NCBI GenBank assembly: GCA_973895155.1
Contig: OZ316897.1
Location: forward strand, 584,515-648,514
Length of the DNA: 64,000 nt
Source: Marsupella aquatica
Taxonomy: Eukaryota; Plantae; Marchantiophyta
Reading direction: 5' to 3'
Position numbers and translations under genes: made by a program
Shown: one piece after another, positions 25,831 through 38,672 of the stretch
Layout of the letters: each line of letters starts with the position of its first letter
Numbering within the stretch: position 1 is the first letter of the stretch
Notes under the pieces: model-generated
Database searches by the model: none
What the model saw: only the letters and a program-made list of their open reading frames with translations
Told to the model about the DNA's origin: nothing

Positions 25831-28800
25831 CTTGCTTTTCCCAACACTAGTCAGAAGCGTTGTTTATGTCAATAATGGACTGCATTGTATGATTGGGTGT
25901 AGCAATTGACTGTCCTGCTATCAACAAAGTAGCAGATGCTCCCACCAAGAAAGGCAGTGTACCTGTCTAGCTTAAACCTGATCATATTGAGTTTGCTACT
26001 ATTGTGCCGTCAGGGCCTTCTGCCCATAGGATGACAATGAGTCCATCTGAGCATGGAAAAGTAGTAACCTAGCTACTCTGATGGACTCTTGTGGCTAGAC
26101 TCTAACTTGATTTAGAGAGGCCCCTGGTGTATTTGTTTTTTGGCTGGAAAATTTGAAATGTATCTAGGCTTGGTTGCAAAGGGTGGGCCGTAGTTCAAAA
26201 GAAGAGTTAGGAAGTAAAGCCACATTTAAGGCTAGCTACATTGAGGATCACCGGCCCTAGACAGATAAATGTTCGAATGTGATTGACTGTGTGAGATTTT
26301 TTAAAACCTGGCATCCACTTTTCATAGCAATAAATAAATAAAAATTACTGAGCACGTACAGGTACAGAAACCCCAACCCACTATTATCCTGAGCTGTAGG
26401 TAAAAACATTTTCTATGGTGGGATGGAATAGGAGAGCGAGAACCTGCAGCAGTGCAGGAACTTCACATATCAACGGAGTGGTATTCAGATTTTGTCTAAG
26501 TAATTGCCTTCTAATTATGTCCACCAGTACACATCCCGGCAAGGTGGATACACTCTATCGCTGATTTTGTGCACACAACTGAATTCATAAGGGGATCAGA
26601 CAAAGCAGATTTTTATTCGTCTTTAATGTGAATGACTTACATCTCGGTTGTTAATTAAGGGCACAAAATTGGCTTTTGCAGAACCTTTATTTCAACCTTT
26701 CCGTCGATGTTCAAAGATGTGGTGAATCGTATCTGCATGGCAGGTGACACTTGAAGATATAATAGAGGCACTGTCAAAGCCAAGATGGTCCCCACCGAGG
26801 CCCCACCAAGGTTCCCACAGGGTAAAGCTCAGTTCACTAGGACCAACATTGATTTGCACCTGCACACTCGTTGCTTTGACTACATCACAGTTCATTAAAC
26901 AAAGAATAATTTAAACTTTGTCTTGAAAAATGTGCAATGCGACGTGAGTCTGCAGTATATTTCTCCAACGTTGCTCAGTTGTGAATTTGTGTGGTGATTG
27001 CAAATTCCGGTGTCCCTTTTTTGCTACCTTTCCCCTCTTTGTCCTTTTGTATCTTTACACCAGATATATTCAGAGTTGAACAATATGTGAATATTATTGT
27101 GCTATTTTGTGCAGGCCAAACTCGTTTTGTCTCATATATAGGAAGAGTGGAGTTTGGAGCTTGTATTGTTGGGTACTGCCTATATATCCTTGTTTTCCTC
27201 CAATAATTAGAAGGTCATTATTTATATCACTGCCATTGCTAAGGATTCTGAGATTTTTCAATGAGTACTGCACACTTCACCTTATTTTGTATTTGCAAGC
27301 AGCAGGGCATATCTTACCTTGGACTAGTGGATCTCTAGACAAGATCTTTTTCTAAATTGAAACTTCTCTTTTGCACATCAGTACTAGGCTGATAATCTAA
27401 TTTACTTTTGAATCATTGAACATTTGTGTTTCTATTTTGCAATGAAGGTGTGCTGGCTTTCTGTTTCGGCTCTGAAACGGCTGTGTGATGAAAAGGTGAT
27501 GCGGTGCAGACTACCAAGGGTGAACATGTCTATATTTTTGCAGGTTTGCTTTTCATCCTATATCCATTGTTAAGGTATTTCTCTGCAACCTTTTGAAGAT
27601 GCTGACAAGCTTAGTTGCCATTTGGCAATCTCTTTCTCTGAACTTGGCTGAAATTTGTTATAAATCAATTCAAACACAAGGAAATCATTTGGGGAGTATG
27701 TGACATTTTATGCAGTATCAGGTAATTTTGGAATTACGACAACTCCAATCAATCACAGCCAGCCAATTTTTGTCGTTGGCAGTAAGTGTGTGAGATTGGG
27801 ACCTGGATGGGAATCACTTTAGACAATAGGCTTTTGCTCTAACTCAATTAGACTCTATTTGCTTGTACCCTTTATAAGGCCGGCTAGAAGCTCTATACCA
27901 ACTTCATCTTTAATTTGAAGCTGTGACTGTAAAGCCAAGAAGGACACGGCATTTTATGTGGAGTTATGACAGGGACTCACATGCTTTGTTAACTTTTCTT
28001 TAATATTACTATTTTTTACTGGTTGGCAGTTATATATTTGAAGTGAATTGTGTCAAAGGACCACCCTATAAAATACATTTTCCTTTCTTGAAAATTATTT
28101 ATTGGTCCTGGTCCCTTTGTTGGGTAACTTCTTGTGCTGTTGCACTTCTGATTGGTACTAGGTCCTTTAATTGTTGACTAGGACTATTAGTACTACCACT
28201 GCATGTTTTTATTTCAAACTTTTACTCTATGAATCTGTAATGTGAACCAGGTGGTTGTCCAAGATTCTTGTGGCTTGTTTCTAAACTACTTTGCAGGAGA
28301 CAACTCTAGAGCAGAGCAAGCACCTGTAGGGCTTGGTAGCGCTCAAACATGTCAAACAAGTGACACTCTTTTTTGTGGAGGCAGGTTCTAATGAGCAAAT
28401 AGGACTTGCATTTGAGACCCCTAGCTAGGGATTGGAGAAGCCTATAGACTCCCATGTAGGGAATGATCATTGTGAGAGAATAAATGTTTTTGGATTCTGA
28501 ATTTTTGAAACATGTACCACTGGCATTTTGCTTATTTTGTATGGCATGATGATTTTGGGGACATTGTATTATGCATGAATATGCATGTGTTTGAGAATGT
28601 ATTACATTGCATGTGATCTTTCTATGATTGTCCATAGATATTTAGGGTTTAAAATTTTGGAGCTTTGAGATGAACTACTCAAAATGTAGTGCTTTAAAAC
28701 ATTAGATTTCCATTGTTTAAAGTTTTATAATGGATGACTCAAAATGTAGTGATTTGAGACAACAGAATCTACTCTCATTAAAGTTCTATAACATTTAAAC

Positions 28801-30522
28801 CAAAGTGATTCGAGACAATGGTCATACCACTCCAACCTCTTACTCGTGATGTTTACAACCACTCATCCCAAAGTTGTAGATTAACAATGTATAACACTTC
28901 AAATCAAGTCATATAACAAGTAATAAAATATGTATTGTTATGGTTGCAAATTTAGTCATATAACAAGTTGAAAAAATCATAAACTTATAACTTCAATTAT
29001 AGTCATATATTAAGTGATAAAAATTTATAGACAACACAACAAACACTAAATATGTAAAAACAATGTATAATTACAACCTCAAATCTAGTTGCATAATAAG
29101 TGGTAAAGGTTATAATGTTATGACTTCAATTTGAGTCATACAACAAGTACCAAAGGTGCAAAATGATGTATTGTTAGTACTTGAAACCTAGTCAGGTAGT
29201 AAAAGTTGTGATTTCAATTTTAGTCATATAACAAGTAATGAAAGTGCCAAACAATGCATATTTACAACCCCAAATCCAGTCATATAACAAGTAGTAAAGT
29301 TTGTATAGGTACTACTGTAGCTTTAGTCATTAAAGAAGTTCTAAAGGTGTCAATGGATATATAGTTACTACTTCAATTTAATAATGTAACAAGTGCTTCC
29401 ATGTGGTTGGAAAAGGTACATTGACCATGTGTGACTTTTGGACACATGTCATCCCCAATATTTTTGGAGACTGCCACATGTCTAGTTATCATTTATCAAT
29501 AAAAGTCACAATTTAGTAGTTGTTTTGGACGACATCTAAATAACTGTTTGTTTTTGAGTTGTTTAGGACCGTCAGGCTTGAAACCAACGGTGACATAAAC
29601 AACTCAAACATTTTAAGTTGTTGTTATAAACAACTTTATGCTCAAAACAACTGCTTGTCTAAAGCGACTGACATTAGTGCACTGAAACCTTTCAGTTGTA
29701 AATTGTCCGTTAATACTCTAAAACAAGTTAATCATGTAGTGATAAAAGACAAGTTTCCCTCTAGTGTATTTGAAATACTCGGGCGTTCTTGGTATTTTGA
29801 AATAATGCACGAGGAGGGGGGCCGCCAGGGGGGGGGGAAGTTACTCCGAGGGGGGAGTAGAGTCACATCCAAGTTACGGTCTATTGTTTCACCCACAGTC
29901 TTGGTGCACAGTTGGACAATTTGTCTAAAGTTAGTCGAGGCATTTGATGATTTACAAAAACTTCTCTTCAGGGGTCTTTGCACGTAGGATGCAGTGTCCG
30001 AAGGAAGGGATGGAGAGAAGTGTTCTTTGAACAGAATGTGCCGCTCGAGGCACAAGCGTCCACGATGTAAGAGATCATGGCTGCTGTTGCTATGTAGATC
30101 AAGCTGCGCTAGCAGGGTCAAGGGGAACATCAAGCCGATTGATAGAGCTGCCGTTCACATAATTTGTTCGAGCACTAGATTATTGTGCAAGGGGCGCAAT
30201 CTAAGAAGGGAGCGAAGGGCAGGATAAGCACGTACACGCCTCAACATTGAACGATTAAATTGCCAATTGCAAGCCCGATTGCAGGTAAGGAGATGATCCA
30301 TTGACCTTTTAGGTCTGATTCCAAATGTCAGTCGTTGCCAACAAATTCACTTTAATTTCAGCCGTGTACTATTAATTTTTAGGTACCGGTTGTTGTAGTT
30401 GTCAAACACTAAAGCATTATTGTTTTGGTGTTGGCCTAATGCAGATTACTGCCACTCTTTCCACGAACCCTTAAATCAGAGGCGGTGGCTTTTAGGGTAG
30501 CCCAAGCTAGTTGAGTAGCATC

Positions 30523-31498
30523 ATGACAATTTCATCCCACTCTTTGCAAGAATTAGAAGCTACAGCCAAGAAGTAGCAACGCAATCTCAGAAGAAGGGAG
30601 CAAAGAGCAGGACAAGTAGTGAATCAATTGAAAATTGATGCCAAACAAGTTATAGAAGCTGCAAACACAGAGGCAGAGAAGTTGCTTCAGCAAGCACGAG
30701 ATGAAGCTAGAGTTTTCAAAGAGCAGGTGCTTGCTGAGATTGCTCAAGAGAGCGCTGCTGCTCAACGTCAAATTCAGGAGCTGGAAACATGTGTTGCCAC
30801 TTTACAGACTTGCTTGAATGTCACAACTAGGCGTGCATCAAATGCAAGTTCTCAACAAAGATGTAGAGAAAACAGAGGACGTCTTGTTGCAGAGCTTGTA
30901 GAAAATGACAACTCAGTGGTTCCTAATAGAGGACGTAGAAGTGAAACATATGTGGTTTCACAGATTGTCAAAAATTTTAGGTCTTGCACCACACGCCATA
31001 ACTTAGCCTCAAAGTTGTCTATTATGAGGCACTTTTGGCTCCACAAGGCTATGAAGCAATTGCATCCCACGTCTTTTGGTTGCCCTAAACAAGATCTATC
31101 CTGGAGAACAACAGCTATTGATATGAAGAAGGTATTGAAAACTGTCAAATATGCTAGGCGAAAAGATCACAAAGCTGCTAAAGATATCATCCTGAGCTCG
31201 TTGACTGGGACAGAAGTGGTGGGCAAGAGATACCAAAGTGCTCTTGCAAGAGCACTGTGTGTGAAGAGAGGGCCAATATCTGCCGCAAGTAAGATCAGAA
31301 GTATTTTGGATGGAGATGAAACCCTGAGGTTTCCCTTGGGTCAACGGAAACAGAGATCTGATCGTCTTTCTGAAGAGATTAGAGGTGAAGTGGCCTGGTT
31401 TTGGGAGGTGTTTACTAGAGCTTCTCCAAACAAGGACGGCAATGCTCGGAAAAGGATTTCAAAGAACGAATATGACGTCCACAGAGTTCATTGGCTAG
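30523..31498 (+). pseudogene. Outer Sola2-like transposase, 5' part (coiled-coil N-terminus to HRVHWL)
   Basis: Homologous to 55680-56951 (LKTVKYARRKDHKAAKDI, LRFP.GQRK.RSDRLS.EIRG.VAWFWE). Ends exactly at the inner element TSD. Confidence 0.85.
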
Positions 31499-32127
31499 GG
31501 CCAAAAGCAAGCTAGAGGGGGTCTAATTTGAGCAAAATAATACCCCTCCTAATACCACCCCTACAACAAAGCTCATAGTACAGTTAGTACTACAAGTCAT
31601 GTAATGATGAGGGAGGAGGTTGTTGCAAGTACAATCACGTTGGAGGGAGGAAGGGCCGAAAAGACATTACTACCGTAACCTCCTATCATTTCAAAATTAG
31701 AAAGGTCAGCAAATCCGGACCGTGCCGTGGTGGCAATGAAGATCAATGGTGGTGGTTGAGGGAGTAGCATTGTTGGATCTTGACCCTTCCTGCTAGAAGG
31801 ATGATCCAAACCGTAGCATTGCCTGCAATCAAGGGAGACCTGGGCGCAAAGTGCGCACTTCCTTTCTATTTCCTTTTTGTCGCGTTGAATCAACTTTCAC
31901 GATGCATACTCCAGTTTGAATGTTGCGCAATGTGCCAGTTGGAGAAGACCGCAACATTGTGATCCTTGATTAGGTAGCAGGGGAGGGAATGCGGGAGGGA
32001 ATGACATTGCATTTTGGCGCAGGAAGTTGCTTTTAGTCGAGGGCTGCAAGCATTTGAATCTCTGGAACTTTTTGCATTCTCGTTTGCGTTGTGGAGATTG
32101 AAGAGTTACAGGACCTGAGCTACAATT

Positions 32128-34979
32128 TTGAAAGTTGAGGACATTCGGAAAGTTGCTCTGATTGTTTTCTTCCCCACTTGTTTAATATTGAATGTCTTCT
32201 ATGATCTAGGCCACGCATTAGGCACACATTCAATCTTTTCAAATAAGATGACATTGAACTCACATTCTTGTGTTGTAATTGAGGCGCAAGGCACTGGAAG
32301 GGACGAGTCAGACTCTGGAGTAACGTGCTTTCAAGGGACTCAGGCGGAGTCGCATAGCGCAGGTTTGCGCCCAAATAGTTTGTTGCCAACGCTTGGAGCG
32401 AGCAGCTGGGAGAACTCAAGCTACACAGCAGGTATGTCTTCTGAAATGCCTGGAAAGTCCACGAGTCACAAGCTACCACCGAAATCACACGGTGAGAGTC
32501 TTGTAAAGGTCCCCTCATCAGAAGAGTGGAAAGTTGATGAGTTTGTGAAGGACATCGATCATTTCCACAATGTCCTTGGCTTGCCCAATGTGGGAAGCAT
32601 TCCGAAGGAGCTCACAAGTGAAGACGTGTCCGCTGAGGTGTTGGAGGAGTATTTTGGGAACAAGTCTGGGAAGAACGGCTACAAGAAGGATGGCGTTAAG
32701 GGGATTCCTGCCGACGACATCGCCATGCTTACCTGTGCGCTGGACGGAATCGGAAAGTTTCAACCATACACTGTGGAGGTTGCCAAAGGTTTGTACTATG
32801 AGCGGATCTTAAAAAGACCTGTGAATTGGGCAGCTTGTGGTGCAGACAAGCATAGAGGGCAGCTTCGGTTGAGGTTTGTAAGGAAGTCTCCAATCGATAG
32901 AAACTCGCCACTATGGAAGAGGATTGAGACAAAGTATATCCCTCCTCTAGACCTCTTCAATAGAATACAGTCCGTTGCGAGTGGAGCACATTGTGAATCA
33001 CCTGGGGAGGAGAAACCGGCAAACCTAGAGCTCAAGTCACCCGAAGCCTCGGGTCCTCATTCGAGTAGTCAAAACTTCCCGCAAAACATGAACCAATTGC
33101 AGCAAGATACAATATCTCCAGGTACGGTGTTAGGACTAGAGGCAAATGAGCAAGAGCAAGTGAGTCCCTTTCTCAGGTAGGTGGTCCGAATCATGAAATG
33201 TCACCAGAAAATAGTTTCATAGGTTTTCCAGAAGCTCAAACCAAAAAACTTTGCACTGGAGTCACTACTGGCACGCCAGTTCCACACCAGAAGAATACAC
33301 TTCTTGAAACAATGTTGGAGGTAGTGGAGGCTAGTCTTGCAGAGCTTGGCCCTGAAATGCAGAAGTCTACACAAGATGCCATTCAATTCACAGCAGCTCA
33401 GAATGAGGCTACTGATCGAATCAACTCAATTCAAATGACATTGTCAAGGTTGAAAGTGCAAAAGAATGAACTCACTAATATCATCCACGATGTACAGCGA
33501 CGCATCCATGCTCAGGTCAAAGAGCAAGCTCAAGTATCTGAGGATCTTGAACTGCTGCAAGATCCTGACGAAGAGCATTCTGAAGATGAGGTAAATGATC
33601 TCATTTTGTTTAAAGCTACATTTGTTTTCATATTATCTTTGTTGAATGTGATTTTCAGTTGCTTATAACAATCCTGTTGTGTTGGCCGGGACTTGTGCAG
33701 GCACTTTGCAAAGGGTTGCGAGAAAAATATGTCTCGTGTTGCAATGAAACAAATATACTGCAAGCAAACTTGGCTGCTTCAAAGCAGAAGCGCATTGATG
33801 TAGTCGCAGATGCTCAAGTACTCAACTCAGATGAAAGAGTTGAATAAGTTGGATGAGGAACAGGAGTATGGGAAACAGACCTTGCACAAGCTAGATCATA
33901 CAGCATACAAATTGACAAAGTCCTATGATGCTCTCAATCTAGAGTGCGCAAGACTAAAGGAGCACTTGAATACCTCTCATTCAATTTATGTATGCCCTAT
34001 TAGTATCATTTGTCCTGCGCAGACAAAGGAGGCTTATTTTCCCATAAGCGAATGCCCTGTTTGCTCTCTTGGCTTCTTTTGTAACAATTGGATTCCCACA
34101 TCATGTGGACATTGCTATCATCCAAGTTGTTTGTTCCCGTTGCTTCGAAACGGTGACAGTAAACCTCCTAAGTGTTTAGCCTGTGCTGAAGTGTTTCATC
34201 CAGCCTGGCTGAAGTGCTGGGGTTCATCCCGAGTGGACCATCCAGATGTAGTGAAGCTAGCAGATGATTGGGGTTTGGAAGAACAATCTATCTCTTTTCA
34301 AAAGAGCCTTAGTGATCTGTATTACAAGAATGCCTTGAATTTAAAGGGAAGGAGGGAGAATCAAGCCTTGAAGCATAAGAAAGTTTCGGGTTTAGGGTTT
34401 AGGTTTAGGGTTTAGGGTTTATATTCAAAGGTATATCACTAAACCTGGTCACTCGAGTTGTTGGCATAGTATGATCTGGCTTTGTCGTACATTGGTATTA
34501 GCGGGGATATTGGTCAATTGCTAATTGTGGGATATTGTTTTGCGCTGCAGGAAAGTGTGAAGAAGTCTATCGAATATCATGAGGCTGTTGGTAAAGCTGC
34601 ACATGTACACCATGAGTTGTTGAGGGTCTCAAAAGTTGACATCAAGTCAGTTCCTACTCTAGTTCAAATGCAGACTTCAGCCCTGGAGTCCAAGGGTGAG
34701 GTGAATCTCTCAATTGTGAAGGTCGAAAAGGGTGCTGCTCCAGAACCTGGTTCGGTCACTCAGGTGGAGAATGTCTCTAATGACTCTAAGCCTGGCTCTG
34801 AGTCTTGTAAGGGGAGTAGCAAAAAGCGAAAGGCCGAGGAGAAGAATGGCACAAGCTCCTCTCAAGCTAAGGGGAAGTTAAGGGGTGCTGCTATCAGTCT
34901 AGGATTGGATCCTGCTCATGACAAGGGTGGTAATGTTGCCTTAAAGTCAGTTGAAAAGGTTAAACCACCTGTCAATTAA
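32128..34979 (+). CDS. Cargo gene 1: multi-exon protein with transposon-associated domain, coiled coil and RING-H2 finger (probably frameshifted)
   Basis: ORFs 32128-33180, 33198-33668, 33659-33847, 33810-34415, 34482-34979. RING-H2 CPVC-x13-CGH-x2-HPSC-x14-CLAC. Splice-like sites at ~33591/33700 and ~34383/34550. Confidence 0.7.
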
Positions 34980-35329
34980 AGGACGAGGAAGAGGTCGTGG
35001 ATCAGCTAGGAAATTGTAATAGGTGAGGCTGGGTAATTTAAATAGGACTACTATGTTGACATTGTCGTCTGCCTCTGAGCATTCATGAACCCTAGATGTC
35101 TGTCTAGATACCCAATGTGGATGCATCGATGGTAAATTTTCTTACTCTCCTATTGCTCATCCTTTGTACCAGTCAATTTCTATGTATTGTCACAGGTTTA
35201 TTTGGTTTAGGGTTCACTCACTTCATACATGCATATTATGTAGATTTGAATACTCACTTTACATGCACTACCAGACTCAGGTAATTTCTCTGGCTGTGCT
35301 TTCATGTCACAGAGTATTTACCTGGTACC

Positions 35330-35800
35330 TGTGATTGTTACTCTAATACTAAGTATTAGTTTAGTACCTTCGGGTATTAGTCTAATACAATAAGGTATTA
35401 CTGTAAGAGTTTCAGGTGTTAGTCAATTCCTGGTATTTTCATAATACCTCAAGTACTATTATCTCAATACCGTTGAGTTTTATCTCAATACCATTGAGTA
35501 TTATCATAATACCATTGAGTATTATCACAATACCGTGTATTATTATCATAATACCTTGTAGTATTGTCACAATACCGTGTAGTATTATGTAAATACCTTG
35601 TAGTATTATGTAAATACCTTTGAGTATTATGTAAGTTACGCGTTTGAGTATTGTTTCAAATTCCTGCGAGTATTAGTTCAATACCTTTGAGTAGTAGTGT
35701 AATCCCTTGAGGATTGTGTGTCATGTTGTGGTAGTGCAAGCAAGGTTTTGTCATTGAATATCCATCGGGAATCCTTGAGTATTGATTTGAGTATTGGACT
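35330..35800. repeat. Degenerate AATAC/GTATT-based tandem minisatellite
   Basis: Repeating units such as aataccattgagtattatc. Confidence 0.7.
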
Positions 35801-35833
35801 TGTAGTTTTGCAGGATCTTGTTGACGTAGAAGA

Positions 35834-36457
35834 ATGGGGACTCCTGTAACAGAAGTTGAGCAGGTCGTGGAAGCAGGGCAGTCTGCTTCATTTCGAGATG
35901 TCGTGGTTCATATTGTGAACTTTCATTCAACCTTCCCCCATCCTCGGCGCTTTATTTATAAAGCATGCTCACATCGGCTAGGACATGGAGGCATTTGTGG
36001 CACATCAAAGGAGCTCGGCCGGCAGGTGTGTGGCCATGCAGGGGAGGGTGTTGATACATATGGTTTTGAAGTTGTGATTGTTGATGCGGTGTTTAAGCAG
36101 GCAACCCCCATTCGTGCTGAGATTCGGGATAGCGCTTCAGTCTGGTTGGGGCTAGGAGCTTCAGACCTACGAGCTTGCACCGAACAGGAGCAGATGGACT
36201 ACATCCGGGCTGTTGCCTTGCAGTGTCGAAGGTGCTCAGTGGCCTTGGCTGCAAAAGATGGGGTACTATCAGTGGAAATTTTGTCTCTCCTTGGGGTTCC
36301 TACCCATAGTTGGGTCCCCAGGCCTCTCACTGTGACAGTTTCTAGATCCCACCCAAGGTCCACCAATGTGGAACGATCCCTCGTACCAAGAGGATCTCTC
36401 CTTTTGGACCAATTGGAGGGTATTTTAGTCGCACTTCACCATCAAGGTTTAGATTAG
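35834..36457 (+). CDS. Cargo gene 2: RPA1 C-terminal (DBD-C)-like OB-fold/Zn protein
   Basis: Intact 207-aa ORF. FIYKAC...C...CGH...YGFEVVIVDA...IRAEIRDSASVWLGLGASDL parallels the RPA1-C pattern Y.AC..C.K.....C..C....Y.l.v.i.D.tg....t.f...ae.llG.sa.el. Confidence 0.62.
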   Translation: MGTPVTEVEQVVEAGQSASFRDVVVHIVNFHSTFPHPRRFIYKACSHRLGHGGICGTSKELGRQVCGHAGEGVDTYGFEVVIVDAVFKQATPIRAEIRDSASVWLGLGASDLRACTEQEQMDYIRAVALQCRRCSVALAAKDGVLSVEILSLLGVPTHSWVPRPLTVTVSRSHPRSTNVERSLVPRGSLLLDQLEGILVALHHQGLD

Positions 36458-38321
36458 GAATGAGGTGATCTGAGGAGAATGTTTTGGGAATTGTAGAGAC
36501 ATATATAGAGCTGCAATTTTTGCAGTAGTGTTTTTGCATACGGATTTTGTGGCCAGGATTTTCTACAGGCCCCAACAGTTTAGTGTGGTTCTTTCTATCT
36601 CTGCTTGGATTAGTTACAATCAATCAATCTTGTATCCTGTGAGTACTTGATTTACTGTACAAAGCTAAAGTCTAGCTTGCATAAATAAATTGAGTGACTA
36701 CAAGATGTCTCATTTTGTACAAATCTTGATGTATTGGAAACTATAGAGAAATAGAGTTGCCTACTTGACAATTGCTAGAGTAGTTTTTTTAATCGCGGAA
36801 AAGTAAACTGAATTCTACAGGCCAAACAGTTCAATGGATTACATGGATTTGTTACAGTCAATTTTGTAATCCGCATGGTATTGCATTTACTATTGAAAGC
36901 AACAGGACTTGCACTGTAAATAAACTGAGCTAGTGTTTGTGACTCGTGTTTATGAAGAAACAATGAATGAGTTTAATTTTTGTTTATAGTCCAAAATGTT
37001 GGCCTTCAACAATGCCAAGCTTTCGACCTATATCCAGGTTGTTGTTTGGATCATAATGTAGATGTTAGCGCAATTAGTTATTGTGAGAAACCTTAGAAAG
37101 TGAACCCTTCATAGCAATCATTTGCCTTGGAATAGAAAATGCCATTGATGCTCATAGTGATCTCAGTATGTACACTCAGGAAAAAACTGAATGAGTGTAC
37201 ATACTGGTACTGTGAAACAATCATGCTCCTCCTTTGATGATTGAAATAAAGAAATCAAACTAAGGCAGATCTCAAAAGTATGCTATAACATGCATGGGGG
37301 TAAAATAAGATCTGGATGGAGGTTGAGAGCTAAAATTTGCTTCCCTTTGCAAAGTTCTGGGAACTAAGGCACTACACCGAACAGGAGGAACAGACTAAGG
37401 TGATCACCGAATTGAGATAATTAAAGTTGCACCAGAGGTCCAGGAAGGCAACAGAGAAGAATATGGACATCCATTGGCATTTGATGAGAACTTTTATAGA
37501 TTTGATAGACAAGGTTCAAATTGCGTTTCAAGCTTATTCTGAAACAGAAGCATGATCACAAAATGCTGCTGAACGAAGACACAATGGTCCTGTGGCCACT
37601 ACTCAACTAGCTAATTCGCTAGCCACAACTCACATGACTAAAATTTATGATAAATTATATCCATATCTAGCCAAACAAGGGTAGTGATTGTCGTGCCTCT
37701 AGGCAACAAAGAGAGACTCATTATATCACCTGCATGAAAAAAGAGACAGGTCCAGCAGTTAAAATGTATCAGTGGCTTGCTTTTGCAATATAGCTACTAG
37801 TCTCACAACACCCACTACATCAAACACTCAACTGTATAAAACTATTAGCCTAGGCTATAGTATTGAGTATTGGGTCGGACTTCAAGTACTGAGTACTAAA
37901 GCCAGGTCTTGAGTACCAGGTACTCAACGTATTGAGCTCGGTATTAAGTACTAGGTACTCAAGGTACTAAGTACTTGATACTCAGGGTACTGAGTACTAG
38001 GTACTTAAGGTACTGAGTACTGGGTACTTAAGGTACTGAGTACTGGGTACTTAAGGTACTTGTTGAGCATAGACGACGATCGCAACGGCAAGCCCATGAA
38101 CCATCCAACGCACAATAGTCGACACAAGAGATACGTGGTTCACCTCCTTGAGGCTACGTCCACGGGAACACACAAGAGAGCTTTACTGAACTCTAAGCCC
38201 GTCGGCTATACCGAGTCTCCACAGTGTAAGCTCTCCCTATCTCTCAAGTGGCTCCATAACAATGAGCCTTGGTTCTACCTCTCCAAGCACACATGCCTCT
38301 TATGATATAGTGTGCAACTTA

Positions 38322-38445
38322 GTTGTACCTAACCACATAGTTGTACCTAATCACGTAGTTGTACCTAACCACATAGTTGTACCTAATCACGTAGTTGTAC
38401 CTAACCACGTAGTTGTACCAACCCACGTTGTTGTACCAACCACGT
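38322..38445 (+). repeat. 18-bp tandem repeat (GTTGTACCTAACCACATA-like, ~7 copies) in the Copia LTR; repeated at ~44397-44520
   Basis: Directly visible; translates as VVPNH repeats. Confidence 0.9.
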
Positions 38446-38672
38446 CATACCTAACCTAGACGTAAGAGTAAATACCCAACAATCTTCCCCTTGACTCTGG
38501 TCTAGGGGAGAGTAATACTGCCAATGTATATGATCCCTCAGCGGGAAGTTCCGGACAAAAACCAAACCGGTTTCCCTCTCTAACTAGAGCAAACCAGAAC
38601 TAAGCCGTAGCCTAATACATAGGAATGAGGAAGAGCATATATCAGTAATTACAATGAATGTTTAAGAAAACT

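Larger units (their letters stand above)
18533..29766. mobile_element. Non-autonomous (Pack-type) CACTA element, 11,234 bp
   Basis: Left TIR CACTAGAAGAAAAC (18533) and right TIR GTTTCCCTCTAGTG (ends 29766; 12/14 match), with 3-bp TSD TAT on both sides. AT-rich subterminal repeats (e.g. AGTCATATAACAAG, ~28900-29300). No transposase. Confidence 0.87.

Noticed and set aside
29660-29745. Alternative CACTA right ends (TAGTG at 29679 and 29741)
   Set aside because: They match neither the left TIR nor the TAT TSD; 29766 matches both.
31496-31500. Tc1/mariner-like reading (TA TSD with GGG termini)
   Set aside because: Formally possible because CTAG is palindromic, but the other copies end in GGCC|AACA and ATCT|GGCT, and the transposase has no mariner motifs.
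37860-38060. CRISPR-like appearance of short palindromic repeats
   Set aside because: No unique spacers, no cas genes, eukaryotic context; this is a degenerate minisatellite.
38060-38459. ORFs with VVPNH repeats (also 44135-44534)
   Set aside because: They arise from the 18-bp tandem repeat within the Copia LTRs.
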